DNA from: Nostoc sp. DedSLP01
Lineage (GTDB): Bacteria > Cyanobacteriota > Cyanobacteriia > Cyanobacteriales > Nostocaceae
DNA: 64,000 bases
Assembly: GCA_034530875.2 (NCBI GenBank)
Contig: JAVRCJ020000023.1
Coordinates: 32,001 to 96,000 of the forward strand
Direction of reading: 5' to 3'
Shown: positions 23,776 through 33,600 of the stretch, one piece after another
Layout: every line of letters begins with the position of its first letter
Numbering within the stretch: position 1 is the first letter of the stretch
Notes under the pieces: generated by a model
What the model was told of the DNA's origin: nothing
The model's input: only the letters and a program-made list of their open reading frames with translations
Database searches by the model: none
Made by a program: the position numbers and the translations under genes

Positions 23776-23834
23776 TAGACAAATAAATACTACAAGTTGT
23801 ATTATACATATTAGTCTAAACTACAAATACTACA
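23776..23834 (+). promoter_or_regulatory. Sigma70-like promoter overlapped by ATACTACA palindrome/repeats
   Basis: TAGACA(23776)-N18-TATTAT(23800); ATACTACA-AGT-TGTATTAT imperfect palindrome at 23787-23805; further ACTACA copies at 23820 and 23829. Confidence 0.55.
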
Positions 23835-24086
23835 ATGTTCTCGACCATCGGCAAATTCTCTTCAACTATTGATAGCATGATGCATTGTCAACCCAGCAAG
23901 GATTCGGGCAGAAGATTTGGCGCGTGTGGGTTTGAGGGAATGTATCGGTTATTGGTAGCTCAATCTGCAAATGAAAGCATTATAAGAGCGATCGCTCTAG
24001 CGCTCAATCCAGATGGAATTCTTCACAGCGGGAGGTGCAACAGTCTAATAGCACCCATAATCAGGCAAAACGTATCAACTACCTGA
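23835..24086 (+). CDS. Putative leader ORF (83 aa) upstream of HNH nuclease
   Basis: ATG directly after the promoter region; stop codon abuts a terminator hairpin. Confidence 0.4.
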   Translation: MFSTIGKFSSTIDSMMHCQPSKDSGRRFGACGFEGMYRLLVAQSANESIIRAIALALNPDGILHSGRCNSLIAPIIRQNVSTT

Positions 24087-24125
24087 CCCCCGCTTTTGAG
24101 AACCAAAAGTGGGGGTTATTTTTTT
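24086..24125 (+). terminator. Intrinsic terminator / attenuator hairpin
   Basis: ACCCCCGCTTTTG-AGAAC-CAAAAGTGGGGGT followed by a T-rich tract, immediately before the GAGGAG RBS of the HNH gene. Confidence 0.75.
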
Positions 24126-24141
24126 GAGGAGCCTTTTACAC

Positions 24142-24678
24142 ATGCAAGTTCAGCAGCAAACTCAGCAACCACACATACTACAAAATTCGGTGGTGGTCTT
24201 TTCCAAGAACTACCTACCATTAGCACGTATCAACATCAAACGAGCAATAGTACTGTTAGTTACTGGTCAAGCAGAATCATTGGATTTTGGCAGTACAAAG
24301 CAGTGGGAAGTTCGTTCGCCTAGTGTTGTACTACAAGTTCCGGAACATATTCGTTTGACAACGGGTAATCCAGAACGACACTGGAAAGTACCTCCTGTGA
24401 ATCGTCGGGAAGTACTCAAGCGAGACAACCACACTTGCCAATACTGTGGAAGCGGCAAGCGTTTAACCCTAGATCACGTGATTCCTCGTTCCAAAGGCGG
24501 ACAGCATACCTGGGATAACGTTGTCACAGCTTGCGAAAAGTGTAACTCAACCAAAAGCGATCGCTTACCTCACGAAGCGTCTATGGTACTCAAAACCAAG
24601 CCTAAAGCTCCAATTCACCCTGCTGTAGCATTTGCAGAGCAGTTTTGGAGCGTACAACGCCTGAATGAAAACGAGTAA
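24142..24678 (+). CDS. HNH endonuclease (McrA-like, Zn-binding)
   Basis: RDNHTCQYCG..LTLDHVIPRSKGG..WDNVVTACEKCN; RBS GAGGAG at 24126. Confidence 0.92.
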   Translation: MQVQQQTQQPHILQNSVVVFSKNYLPLARINIKRAIVLLVTGQAESLDFGSTKQWEVRSPSVVLQVPEHIRLTTGNPERHWKVPPVNRREVLKRDNHTCQYCGSGKRLTLDHVIPRSKGGQHTWDNVVTACEKCNSTKSDRLPHEASMVLKTKPKAPIHPAVAFAEQFWSVQRLNENE

Positions 24679-24859
24679 TTCATTCGGCTATGTGCGTAAA
24701 CGGGAATATCTAGCTATTCCAACAAATGTAGAGACGTTGCAATGCAACGTCTCTCATATTTTTTCACCAAAATTATAGAGAAATTGTAATTATTGCAATC
24801 CTGGCAAAATGAGAGTGGATTTATATAATTGTCAAATCCATTAAATCATTCTCAAGTCC

Positions 24860-26350
24860 GTGAAAAAAACAAAAGTATGGCTATTAACGATACTCGTTGT
24901 ACTAATAGCAGTAATCAACATTATCGCCGGACATAACAATCCTCTCAAAGCCGCTTCATCTTTAGGAAAAGATACCCTAACCATGATAACTTCGCCAGAT
25001 TATCCGCCTTATGAGTTTTATGATACTAAAACAGGTGAAAATCAAATCGTTGGCTTTGATATCGATATTGCCAAAACCCTTGCTGAAAAATTAGGGTTTA
25101 AACTGCAAATCATGGAATCCGATTTTAATGGCTTAATTCCTGCGCTGCAAGCAAATCGAGCAGATTTCGTAATGGCTGGGATGACTCCAACTCCAGAACG
25201 CCGAAAAAATGTTGATTTTTCTATTATTTATTATGAAGCTAAAGATACGATTGTTGCTGCCAAGGGTAGCAATCTAAAGCAGCCGCAAGATTTATCAGGT
25301 AAAAAAGTTGGAGTACAACTAGGAACTATACAAGAACAAAATGCAAAAAAGATTGCCCAAAAAGTTACGGGTATTCAGCTAAAGCAACTCAACAAAGTTC
25401 CGGAAGTAGTTCAAGAAATCAAATCTCGGCGAATTGATGCGGCAATTGTTGAGGATACTGTGGCAAAAGGATTTGCCCAAGCTAACCCAGATTTAGAATT
25501 TAATGTTATTCCTTCAGAAGAAACAAGTGGATCGGCGATCGCATTTCCCAAAAATTCTGCTTTCGTCGAACCTTTTAACAAAGTCCTGCAACAAATGAAG
25601 GACGATGGCACGTTAAATAAGCTAATAAATAAGTGGTTTTCGCAAAACATTATTACCGATACTAAATCCTCAACTCCTGCCAAAACCGGATTAAATCTCG
25701 ATTTCACAAGAATATTTCCTGATATTCCCTTTATTCTTCGGGGAATACCTTTAACTTTGTTGTTTACCTTATTATCTGTATTCTTGGGGTTAATCTGGGG
25801 AACAATACTTTCTCTATCAAAAATTATCGGCATTAAGCCGCTTACTTGGGTTGCTAATGCTTACACTTCAATCTTCCGAGGCACACCCTTACTGTTACAA
25901 TTAGCGCTGGTTTATTACGCAACACCCCAACTTACAGGTTATGATATTTCGGCATTGGAGGCAGGGGTTTTAACTTTTACTCTGAATTCTGGCGCTTATA
26001 TGTCGGAAACCATTAGAGGTGGAATTCAAGCTGTAGATAAAGGGCAAACTGAAGCGGCAATGTCTATGGGTGTTCCCTATAGATTAATGATGTGGGATAT
26101 AATTTTGCCCCAAGCCTTGAAGAACATTCTCCCAGCATTAGTAAATGAAACTATTGGATTGCTGAAAGATTCGGCGCTGGTGTCAACAATTGGTGTGGTA
26201 GAAATATTACGCAGCGCCCAAATTGTCGGTGCAAATAAATATATTTATTTTGAACCCTTGTTGTTTGCAGGGTTAATTTATTATGTTTTGGTTATGGGTC
26301 TAACATATAGCGCATCCACTTTAGAAAGGAGATTACGACAAAGTGAGTAA
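24860..26350 (+). CDS. Polar amino acid ABC transporter, fused binding protein + permease
   Basis: SPDYPPYEF and GFDIDIA (SBP family 3); FRGTPLLLQL, AYMSETIRGG and LLKDSAL (permease). Confidence 0.92.
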   Translation: MKKTKVWLLTILVVLIAVINIIAGHNNPLKAASSLGKDTLTMITSPDYPPYEFYDTKTGENQIVGFDIDIAKTLAEKLGFKLQIMESDFNGLIPALQANRADFVMAGMTPTPERRKNVDFSIIYYEAKDTIVAAKGSNLKQPQDLSGKKVGVQLGTIQEQNAKKIAQKVTGIQLKQLNKVPEVVQEIKSRRIDAAIVEDTVAKGFAQANPDLEFNVIPSEETSGSAIAFPKNSAFVEPFNKVLQQMKDDGTLNKLINKWFSQNIITDTKSSTPAKTGLNLDFTRIFPDIPFILRGIPLTLLFTLLSVFLGLIWGTILSLSKIIGIKPLTWVANAYTSIFRGTPLLLQLALVYYATPQLTGYDISALEAGVLTFTLNSGAYMSETIRGGIQAVDKGQTEAAMSMGVPYRLMMWDIILPQALKNILPALVNETIGLLKDSALVSTIGVVEILRSAQIVGANKYIYFEPLLFAGLIYYVLVMGLTYSASTLERRLRQSE

Positions 26351-27077
26351 TGCAGTAATTCGCACGGAATTTTTGTGTAAATCCTTTGGTAAACTCGATG
26401 TACTTAAAGATATTTCTACAGAAATTCATCGGGGTGAAGTGGTTGCCATATTAGGGCCTTCTGGTTCTGGCAAGTCTACATTTTTGCGATGCATGAATTT
26501 GCTAGAACAACCCACCAGAGGAAGAGTCTATTTTCAAGAGCAAGAAATTACCAATCCGAAGGCAAACATTGCTAAGGTTCGGCAACATTTAGTGATGGTA
26601 TTTCAACATTTTAATTTGTTTCCCCACATGACGGTGCTGCAAAATGTCACCTACGCGCCCATTAAGGTGAAAAAAATAGACAAGCAAAAAGCACAGGAAC
26701 GTGGTTTAGAATTGCTGGCGAAGGTGGGTTTAGAGCCAAAAGCTGATGTCTACCCGTCGAGGCTATCCGGGGGACAAAAACAGCGCGTTGCGATCGCTCG
26801 TGCCTTAGCAATGGAACCAGAGATGATTCTGTTTGATGAACCCACCTCTGCTTTAGATCCAGAAATGGTAAAAGATGTGCTGGAAGTGATGAAAGCTTTA
26901 GCCTTATCTGGGATGACAATGGCAATAGTTACCCATGAGATGGGTTTTGCCAGGGAAGTCGCCAATCGCATTATGTTCCTCGATGGCGGAACTTTAGCAG
27001 AAGATACTGCTCCAAGTGAGTTTTTCCAGAGTCCAAAGTGCGATCGCGCCAAGCAGTTTTTAGAAAAAATGCTTTAA
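26343..27077 (+). CDS. Polar amino acid ABC transporter ATP-binding protein (GlnQ-type)
   Basis: GPSGSGKS, LSGGQKQRVAIARAL, DEPTSALDPE. Confidence 0.95.
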   Translation: MSNAVIRTEFLCKSFGKLDVLKDISTEIHRGEVVAILGPSGSGKSTFLRCMNLLEQPTRGRVYFQEQEITNPKANIAKVRQHLVMVFQHFNLFPHMTVLQNVTYAPIKVKKIDKQKAQERGLELLAKVGLEPKADVYPSRLSGGQKQRVAIARALAMEPEMILFDEPTSALDPEMVKDVLEVMKALALSGMTMAIVTHEMGFAREVANRIMFLDGGTLAEDTAPSEFFQSPKCDRAKQFLEKML

Positions 27078-27098
27078 AACTTGAGAACTGCTATAGTA

Positions 27099-30000
27099 TT
27101 AATCGTTTTGCTTTGTGCCTAGTGTATTTCCATGACTATAAATCTCCCACATAGCAGAGTAGGCTTGTTCTAAATTGCGGGTAAATCTTAGCGTATCAAA
27201 CAAAGGATAAGTAGCGCGATTTTGTGCTAATCTGTGTTTGAGTTCTTGCAATGCTGTATCGGAATGAGCTAAATGTATTGCCAATTGCTCGTATTCTTCT
27301 AAGTTATTAGTAATTAAATCTGGTAAACCTACTGCTGTTAGCAAACTAGCAGCAACACGAGCAGCAAAAGTTTTTCCTATACAGGTGAGAACTGGTAAAC
27401 CTGCCCATAAAGCATCGCTAGCAGTAGTGTGAGCATTACAATATAAAGTATCTAAAAATAAGTCTGCTAATTGATGCCGCGCTAAATGTTCTGCTTTCGA
27501 GAGATATTGAGCAAAAATTAAGCGATCGCTATTAATTCCCCGCGCTTGGGCTTCTCTTTTGAGATTCTCCTCAGCAGCAGGAAATCTCACAAGCAACCAA
27601 AGGACGCTTCCCGGTACTGCGGCGAGAATTCTCATCCAAACATCGAAAATTTGCGGTTCAATTTTATAGTTGTTATTGAAGCAGCAAAAGACAAAACCCG
27701 CCTCTGGTAAACCATACTGAGAACGAGTCACAGGAGTAGAAGCGATAACTTGTTGGCGATCGTTGACTTGATAGCTGTGGGGTAAAGTGACTATCTTTTC
27801 GCTAAAACTATTAGCAAATTCTGGTGGCGTAACTACTGAATCGCCAATAATATAATCGATAAAGTCAGCACCCATTGTTCCAGGATAGCCCAAATAGCTA
27901 ACCTGAATTGGAGCAGGTCTTAAAGCTAAAATTGCACTGCGAGAACCAGCGGTGTAACCTTTGAGGTCTACTAATATATGAATGCCATCATCATAAATCT
28001 GGCGGGCGCTTTCTTGTATAGATAAGGTAGTAATATCTTGGAAATGTTCGCAGTTAGCAACAATGTATTGGCGGTATTCGCTGTTGTCATCTGCACCAAA
28101 AGAGTAAGCAAATATCTCAAAATTAGCTCGATTGTGTAAGTTAAATAAGCTTTTCATTAAATGACTAGTAGCATGGTTGCGAAAATCATTTGATAAATAG
28201 CCAATGCGTAGCCGCCCATTCAAAGAAGAGGAATGAATAAAATTGAGAGATTGTTTTTCGCTTGCCCATTGTGCTTTAATACTTTCTCCATGAGTCTGGG
28301 CAATTTTGAGCAGAAAATTCCTGTCCCAAGGCTTGTATAAAGTATCGAAGGGGCCGATTGTTGTCGGTTTTCCTTGTTCGACTTCCAAAAGAGTTTGTTC
28401 CCAAATGCGGGTTAAATCTGACTGACGCGTTTGCCAGTCGCAAGTCATTTCTTTGAGGTAAAACAAATAATTGAATGCTTCAGCCGATGGTTGCAGTTGT
28501 AAAACCTTTTCAAATGCTAACCTGGCTTCATCTACTTCACCTTGAGTAGCCATAGCCAAAGATAACAGCGCTGACCCTAAGCGATTATAAGCTTTAATGT
28601 AGTCTGGTTTGCGACGAATGGCACAACGATAACAAGCGATCGCACCTTGTAAATTATCTTGTGCTTCTAATACAATACCCAAATTCAGATAAGCTTCTGG
28701 ATAATTAGGATTTTTCTGTAAAGCCTTGCGAAACTTAGCTGCTGCTGCTGATAGCTTCCCTTGCATTTGCCAAACTAGACCCAGATTATTGTGAGCAAAA
28801 GCATAGTTAGGATTGCTAAGTATTGCAGATTCAAAAGAAGCGATCGCTTTTTCTAAATTTTTCTCGGCTACTTGCACCATACCTAAACTATTATGCACTT
28901 CTGCATATTTTGGGTTAATTGTCAATGCCTTTTGGTAAGCGAGAATAGCTTGGTAAATTTGCCCTTGATTGCACATAATCACGCCCAGCTGATACCAAGC
29001 AGGAGCATATTGGGGATATTGGGCGATTATTTCTTCGTATTGGGCGATCGCTTCTGTAAATTGTAGTTGTTTTTGTAAAGCAAAAGCCTGCTGATAAAGC
29101 TGTTCTACAGTTGGGAATTGCTGCGTTTGTTCTGTTGGCGAATCAGAATTAGCCCAAGCTTGATGAGGAGTTATTGCAGAGATGCTTGGATGGCTATTTT
29201 CACCAGCCAAATTTCCCTTGATGAGGGGAGAACGCGGATCGAGGGTAATTAACTGCTGAATCTCTTGAGTTTGGAATCCCAAAGCTTGCGGACGACGGAC
29301 ACCTGGTAATACCTGCACATCATAGAGTTCCGTCACTTCTCCTTCTAGACGTAGCCAGTGGACAACTTCGCCGCTTTTTAAATCAATAACCATCAAACCA
29401 CAGCGGGGTTCAGCATTTCTCTGGGCTAAATTTTCATCCAGTTTTAAGCCAGAAAAAGTTTTGTGACGGGGTTTAGATAAGCCGACAATGGCATAATCTC
29501 CACTAAATGCCAAACCACGCAGAAAACCCGGACAAAAAGTAACAGTCTGAAATTCTCCATCGCTATCGATATAGCCGAATTCCCCTGTGCCAGCATTGAG
29601 CAACCACAACTTACCCTGATAAAATCGTGGTGCATGGGGCATAGATAAACCCGTTGCAATAACCTCATCAGATTGAATATCAATAATACAGCCACCGCCT
29701 TGTCGCTTGTTCCGCCAACCATCCACCAGATCGGATTCACCGCACAGGGTAACATAGCGGGGCTTCCCGTCTACCAGCGCCAAACCATTGAGGTGACAGC
29801 GATCCTCATTGACCAAACTAGAAATAAACTTAGGCTTCCATAAAGGAATGCAACTATGGCGATCGCTCACTGTTGCTACACAATTTAATATTGTACTGAT
29901 AAACACGATGCGTTCGTTATCAGTTTCCACCACCAAATCGTGAATATCTAAATCCCCAGTAGTATAAGCAATCCGGGGAATATACAGCTTGTCATAACCA

Positions 30001-30284
30001 TCATAAAGTTGTCCTGGAGCCAGCACATTGTCTAGCTGCCACAGTTGGAATCTAGAACTAAGATAAATTCGTTCTCGTGTAGCAAATAACCCCATTGCGC
30101 GATCGAAAAAACGCTCAAATCCCGACAATTCACCGCTGGGGTTCGTTCCTATAAGCATGAGGCGCGAACTTTGATAAGTAGTGAAAGCCAAACTAATTTG
30201 CTGAATTTGTAGCCAGTCGGTGAAATGTCGCGAGGCGAGTGTTTCTATAGGGAGAGAAGCTTTAGTCGTAGATTTTTGAAGCAT
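27099..30284 (-). CDS. TIGR03032-like domain + TPR repeats + GT41 (O-GlcNAc transferase/SPINDLY-like) glycosyltransferase
   Basis: N-terminal TGDLDIHD, EDRCHLNGLA, GLSMPHAPR, PGFLRGL; TPR repeats; GT41 motifs RIGYLSNDFRNHA, LVDLKGYT, APIQVSYLGYPGT, FNNNYKI, NAHTTASDALWAG. Confidence 0.88.
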   Translation of the reverse strand: MLQKSTTKASLPIETLASRHFTDWLQIQQISLAFTTYQSSRLMLIGTNPSGELSGFERFFDRAMGLFATRERIYLSSRFQLWQLDNVLAPGQLYDGYDKLYIPRIAYTTGDLDIHDLVVETDNERIVFISTILNCVATVSDRHSCIPLWKPKFISSLVNEDRCHLNGLALVDGKPRYVTLCGESDLVDGWRNKRQGGGCIIDIQSDEVIATGLSMPHAPRFYQGKLWLLNAGTGEFGYIDSDGEFQTVTFCPGFLRGLAFSGDYAIVGLSKPRHKTFSGLKLDENLAQRNAEPRCGLMVIDLKSGEVVHWLRLEGEVTELYDVQVLPGVRRPQALGFQTQEIQQLITLDPRSPLIKGNLAGENSHPSISAITPHQAWANSDSPTEQTQQFPTVEQLYQQAFALQKQLQFTEAIAQYEEIIAQYPQYAPAWYQLGVIMCNQGQIYQAILAYQKALTINPKYAEVHNSLGMVQVAEKNLEKAIASFESAILSNPNYAFAHNNLGLVWQMQGKLSAAAAKFRKALQKNPNYPEAYLNLGIVLEAQDNLQGAIACYRCAIRRKPDYIKAYNRLGSALLSLAMATQGEVDEARLAFEKVLQLQPSAEAFNYLFYLKEMTCDWQTRQSDLTRIWEQTLLEVEQGKPTTIGPFDTLYKPWDRNFLLKIAQTHGESIKAQWASEKQSLNFIHSSSLNGRLRIGYLSNDFRNHATSHLMKSLFNLHNRANFEIFAYSFGADDNSEYRQYIVANCEHFQDITTLSIQESARQIYDDGIHILVDLKGYTAGSRSAILALRPAPIQVSYLGYPGTMGADFIDYIIGDSVVTPPEFANSFSEKIVTLPHSYQVNDRQQVIASTPVTRSQYGLPEAGFVFCCFNNNYKIEPQIFDVWMRILAAVPGSVLWLLVRFPAAEENLKREAQARGINSDRLIFAQYLSKAEHLARHQLADLFLDTLYCNAHTTASDALWAGLPVLTCIGKTFAARVAASLLTAVGLPDLITNNLEEYEQLAIHLAHSDTALQELKHRLAQNRATYPLFDTLRFTRNLEQAYSAMWEIYSHGNTLGTKQND

Positions 30285-30697
30285 TAGTAAAGATATAAAT
30301 TTTGACTTTTGACACTCGCGAACAACATAGTTAGAATGTTGGGCGTTCAGTTATTAAATATACATATATTCAGTTGAAGTCAACAAATACCTGAAGTTTA
30401 TTTGAGCGCTTCTTGTCTATAAAATTTACTGCCAACCTACGGTATATACCAAATTCACGCAAGGCTCAATTTAGCTTTAGTTAAGCAGAGTGAAAGGGAA
30501 AAATCAGCGTTTAAGGTTGGCTTTCGTTCCTTAACCCAATCTAGCAACTGTAAATGATTTATTAAAACCATTTACATATAAATAACCACAGCGATTTTAC
30601 TGAAGTTTTTGCTGAATTATGCTACCTAAATACGGGTATTTTTAAGCATAAAAATTAGCATTCCAATGACTACTAAATCGGGAAATACTGAAATATC

Positions 30698-33600
30698 ATG
30701 GCAACTACCAAAGCGATCGCTACAAAGCAGACTCTAGTTATCATCGACGCCGGAATTGATGACCGTCAAATACTAGAATTAGGCATCCTACCCACAGCCA
30801 AAGTAGCCGTTCTCAACAAACACATTGACGGCATCGACCAAATCAGCGCCTTATGCAAGAACCATGCGACAGCTAGCATCCAGATAATTGCCCACGGCAG
30901 CCCCGGCAGCTTGCAACTAGGTAATAGCCAACTAAATTTAAACAACCTCCACGCATATCGCCAGCAACTACAACAATGGCTGCCCACAGAAATCCTCATT
31001 TATGGGTGTGAAGTTGCCGCCACAGAAACCGGAAAAACCTTTATAGAAACCCTACACCAACTCACCGGGGCAAACATTGCTGCCTCAGCCGGAAAAATCG
31101 GCAATGCCGAACAAGGCGGAAGTTGGGAACTAGAAGTCAAGATAGGTCAAATTGACTCTACCCTAGCCTTACAACCAGAAATTAGGGAAGCTTACCCCAA
31201 AGTCTTAGCAAGCTTTGCCACTGCCAGCAACTTCACAGTCGGCACTAATCCTATATCCATCACAGTGGAAGACTTCAACGGCGACGGCAACTTGGACTTG
31301 GTTACTGCTAACAGCACCAGTAACAATGTCTCTGTGCTGCTAGGCAACGGCACAGGCGGTTTTGCTACCGCTAGCAACTTCATCACAGGCAGTCGTCCCT
31401 TTTCAGTCACAGTGGAAGACTTTAACGGCGACGGTAACCTGGACTTGGCTGTTGCTAACTACAACAGCAACACCACCTCTGTGCTGCTAGGCAACGGCAC
31501 AGGCGGCTTTGACACTGCCACCAACTTTACCGTCGGCACTCGTCCTACATCAGTCACAGCAGCAGACTTCGACGGTGATGGCAACGTGGATTTGGCTGTC
31601 GCTAACAGAACCACCAACAATGTCTCTGTCCTGCTAGGTAACGGTACAGGCGACTTTGGCACCGCCAGCAACTTCACCGTCGGCAGTAGTCCTCAGTCAG
31701 TCACAGCAGCAGACTTCAACGGCGACAACAACCTAGACTTGGTTGTTGTTAACAGAACTAGCAACAAAGTCTCAGTCCTGTTAGGGGACGGCACAGGCAG
31801 CTTTGCGACTGCCACCAACTTCACCGTCGGTACTAGTCCCTTTGAAGTCAAAGTCGCAGACTTCAACGGTGATGGCAACCTTGATTTAGCTGTCGCTAAC
31901 TACAGCAGTAACAACGTCTCGGTGCTGTTAGGCAATGGTGCTGGCAGTTTCGGCACCGCCACTAACTTCAGCGCTGGCAGTAGTCCGCGATCGCTTGTAG
32001 TGGGAGACTTCAACAGTGACGGCAACCTAGATTTAGCTACCGCTAACAGAAACGGCAACAACGTCTCGGTGCTTTTAGGCAATGGCACAGGCGGCTTTGG
32101 CACTGCCAGCAAATTTACCGTCGGCAATAGTCCCCGGTCAATTACAGTGGGAGACTTCAACGGCGACGGCAAGCTGGATTTGGCTGCTGCTAACTTCCTA
32201 AACAACAGAGTCTCAGTGCTGTTGAACACCACCCCCAAAATTACCATCGCTTCAGGCACTAACCCCAAAGAAGGCGGACCAGACGGCAGTTTTACCATCA
32301 CTCTCGACACTCCCGCCCCTGCTGGCGGCTTAGTCGTCAAATTCAACGCGATCGGTAGCACAGCCACCGCTACTACCGACTACGCCTTGGTAGCCGACAC
32401 AAATATCACCGCTGTTACAACTAACACCTTCATCATCGCCCAAGGACAGACTACCGCCACATTAAAAGTTACAGCTGTATTCGATAACGTAGCTGACCCC
32501 AACGAAACAGTTATTATCAACTTAGAATCCAGCCCAGACTATATCCTTGGCGCAAATACCACTGCAACCCTAACAATTGCAGAACCTATTGCCCCAGTCG
32601 TCACCGCCACCAGCACCCCACTGGCTTACACCGAAAATGATGCGGCTACAGCGATCGACTCTGGTCTTACCGTCACCGATGCCGACTCCACTAACCTCAA
32701 CAGTGCCATAGTCAGCATCACCAGCGGTTTTGTCGCAGCAGAAGACATCCTCGGTTTCACAGCCCAAAACGGCATTAGTGGTAGCTATAGCAATGGTGTT
32801 TTAACCTTAACTGGCAGTGCTACTGTCGCCCAATATCAAACTGCACTGCGTTCTGTTACCTATCAAAACACTAGCGACAACCCCAGCACCACCACCCGCA
32901 CCATTAGCTTTATCGTCAATGACGGCAGTTTAAATAGTACCACTGTCACCCGCGACATTAATCTCACCGCAGTCAATGATGCCCCAGTAGTCACCCCGAC
33001 CAGCACCCCCCTGGCGTACACCGAAAACGACGCGGCTACAGCGATAGACCCCGATCTTACGATCGCCGATGTTGACTCAACCAACCTCAACGGTGCCACA
33101 GTCAGCATTACCAATGGTTTTGTCGCGGCAGAAGACACACTTGCTTTCACTGACCAAAACGGCATCACTGGCAGCTATAGCAATGGCATCCTCACGTTAA
33201 CTGGCAGTGCTACTATCGCCCAATATCAAACTGCACTGCGTTCTATCACCTATCAAAACACTAGCGATAACCCCAGTACCACCACCCGCACCATTAGCTT
33301 TATTGTCAATGACGGCAGCTTAAATAGCACCACTGTCACCCGCAACATTAATCTCACAGCAGTTAATGATGCCCCAGTAGTCACCCCGACCAGCACCCCC
33401 CTGGCGTACACTGAAAACGAAGCGGCTACAGCGATAGACTCTGGCATCCTCATCACCGATGTTGACTCAACCAACCTCAACGGTGCCATAATCAGCATTA
33501 CCAGTGGTTTTGTCGCGGCAGAAGACACACTTGCTTTCACAGCCCAAAACGGCATCACTGGCAGCTATAGCAATGGTGTTTTAACCTTAACTGGCAATGC

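Noticed and set aside
23940..24060. tRNA-like fragment (GGTAGCTCAATC) or HEARO/omega RNA before the HNH gene
   Set aside because: No T-arm (TTCGA) or acceptor stem; the HNH lacks the RuvC and PLMP features of IscB
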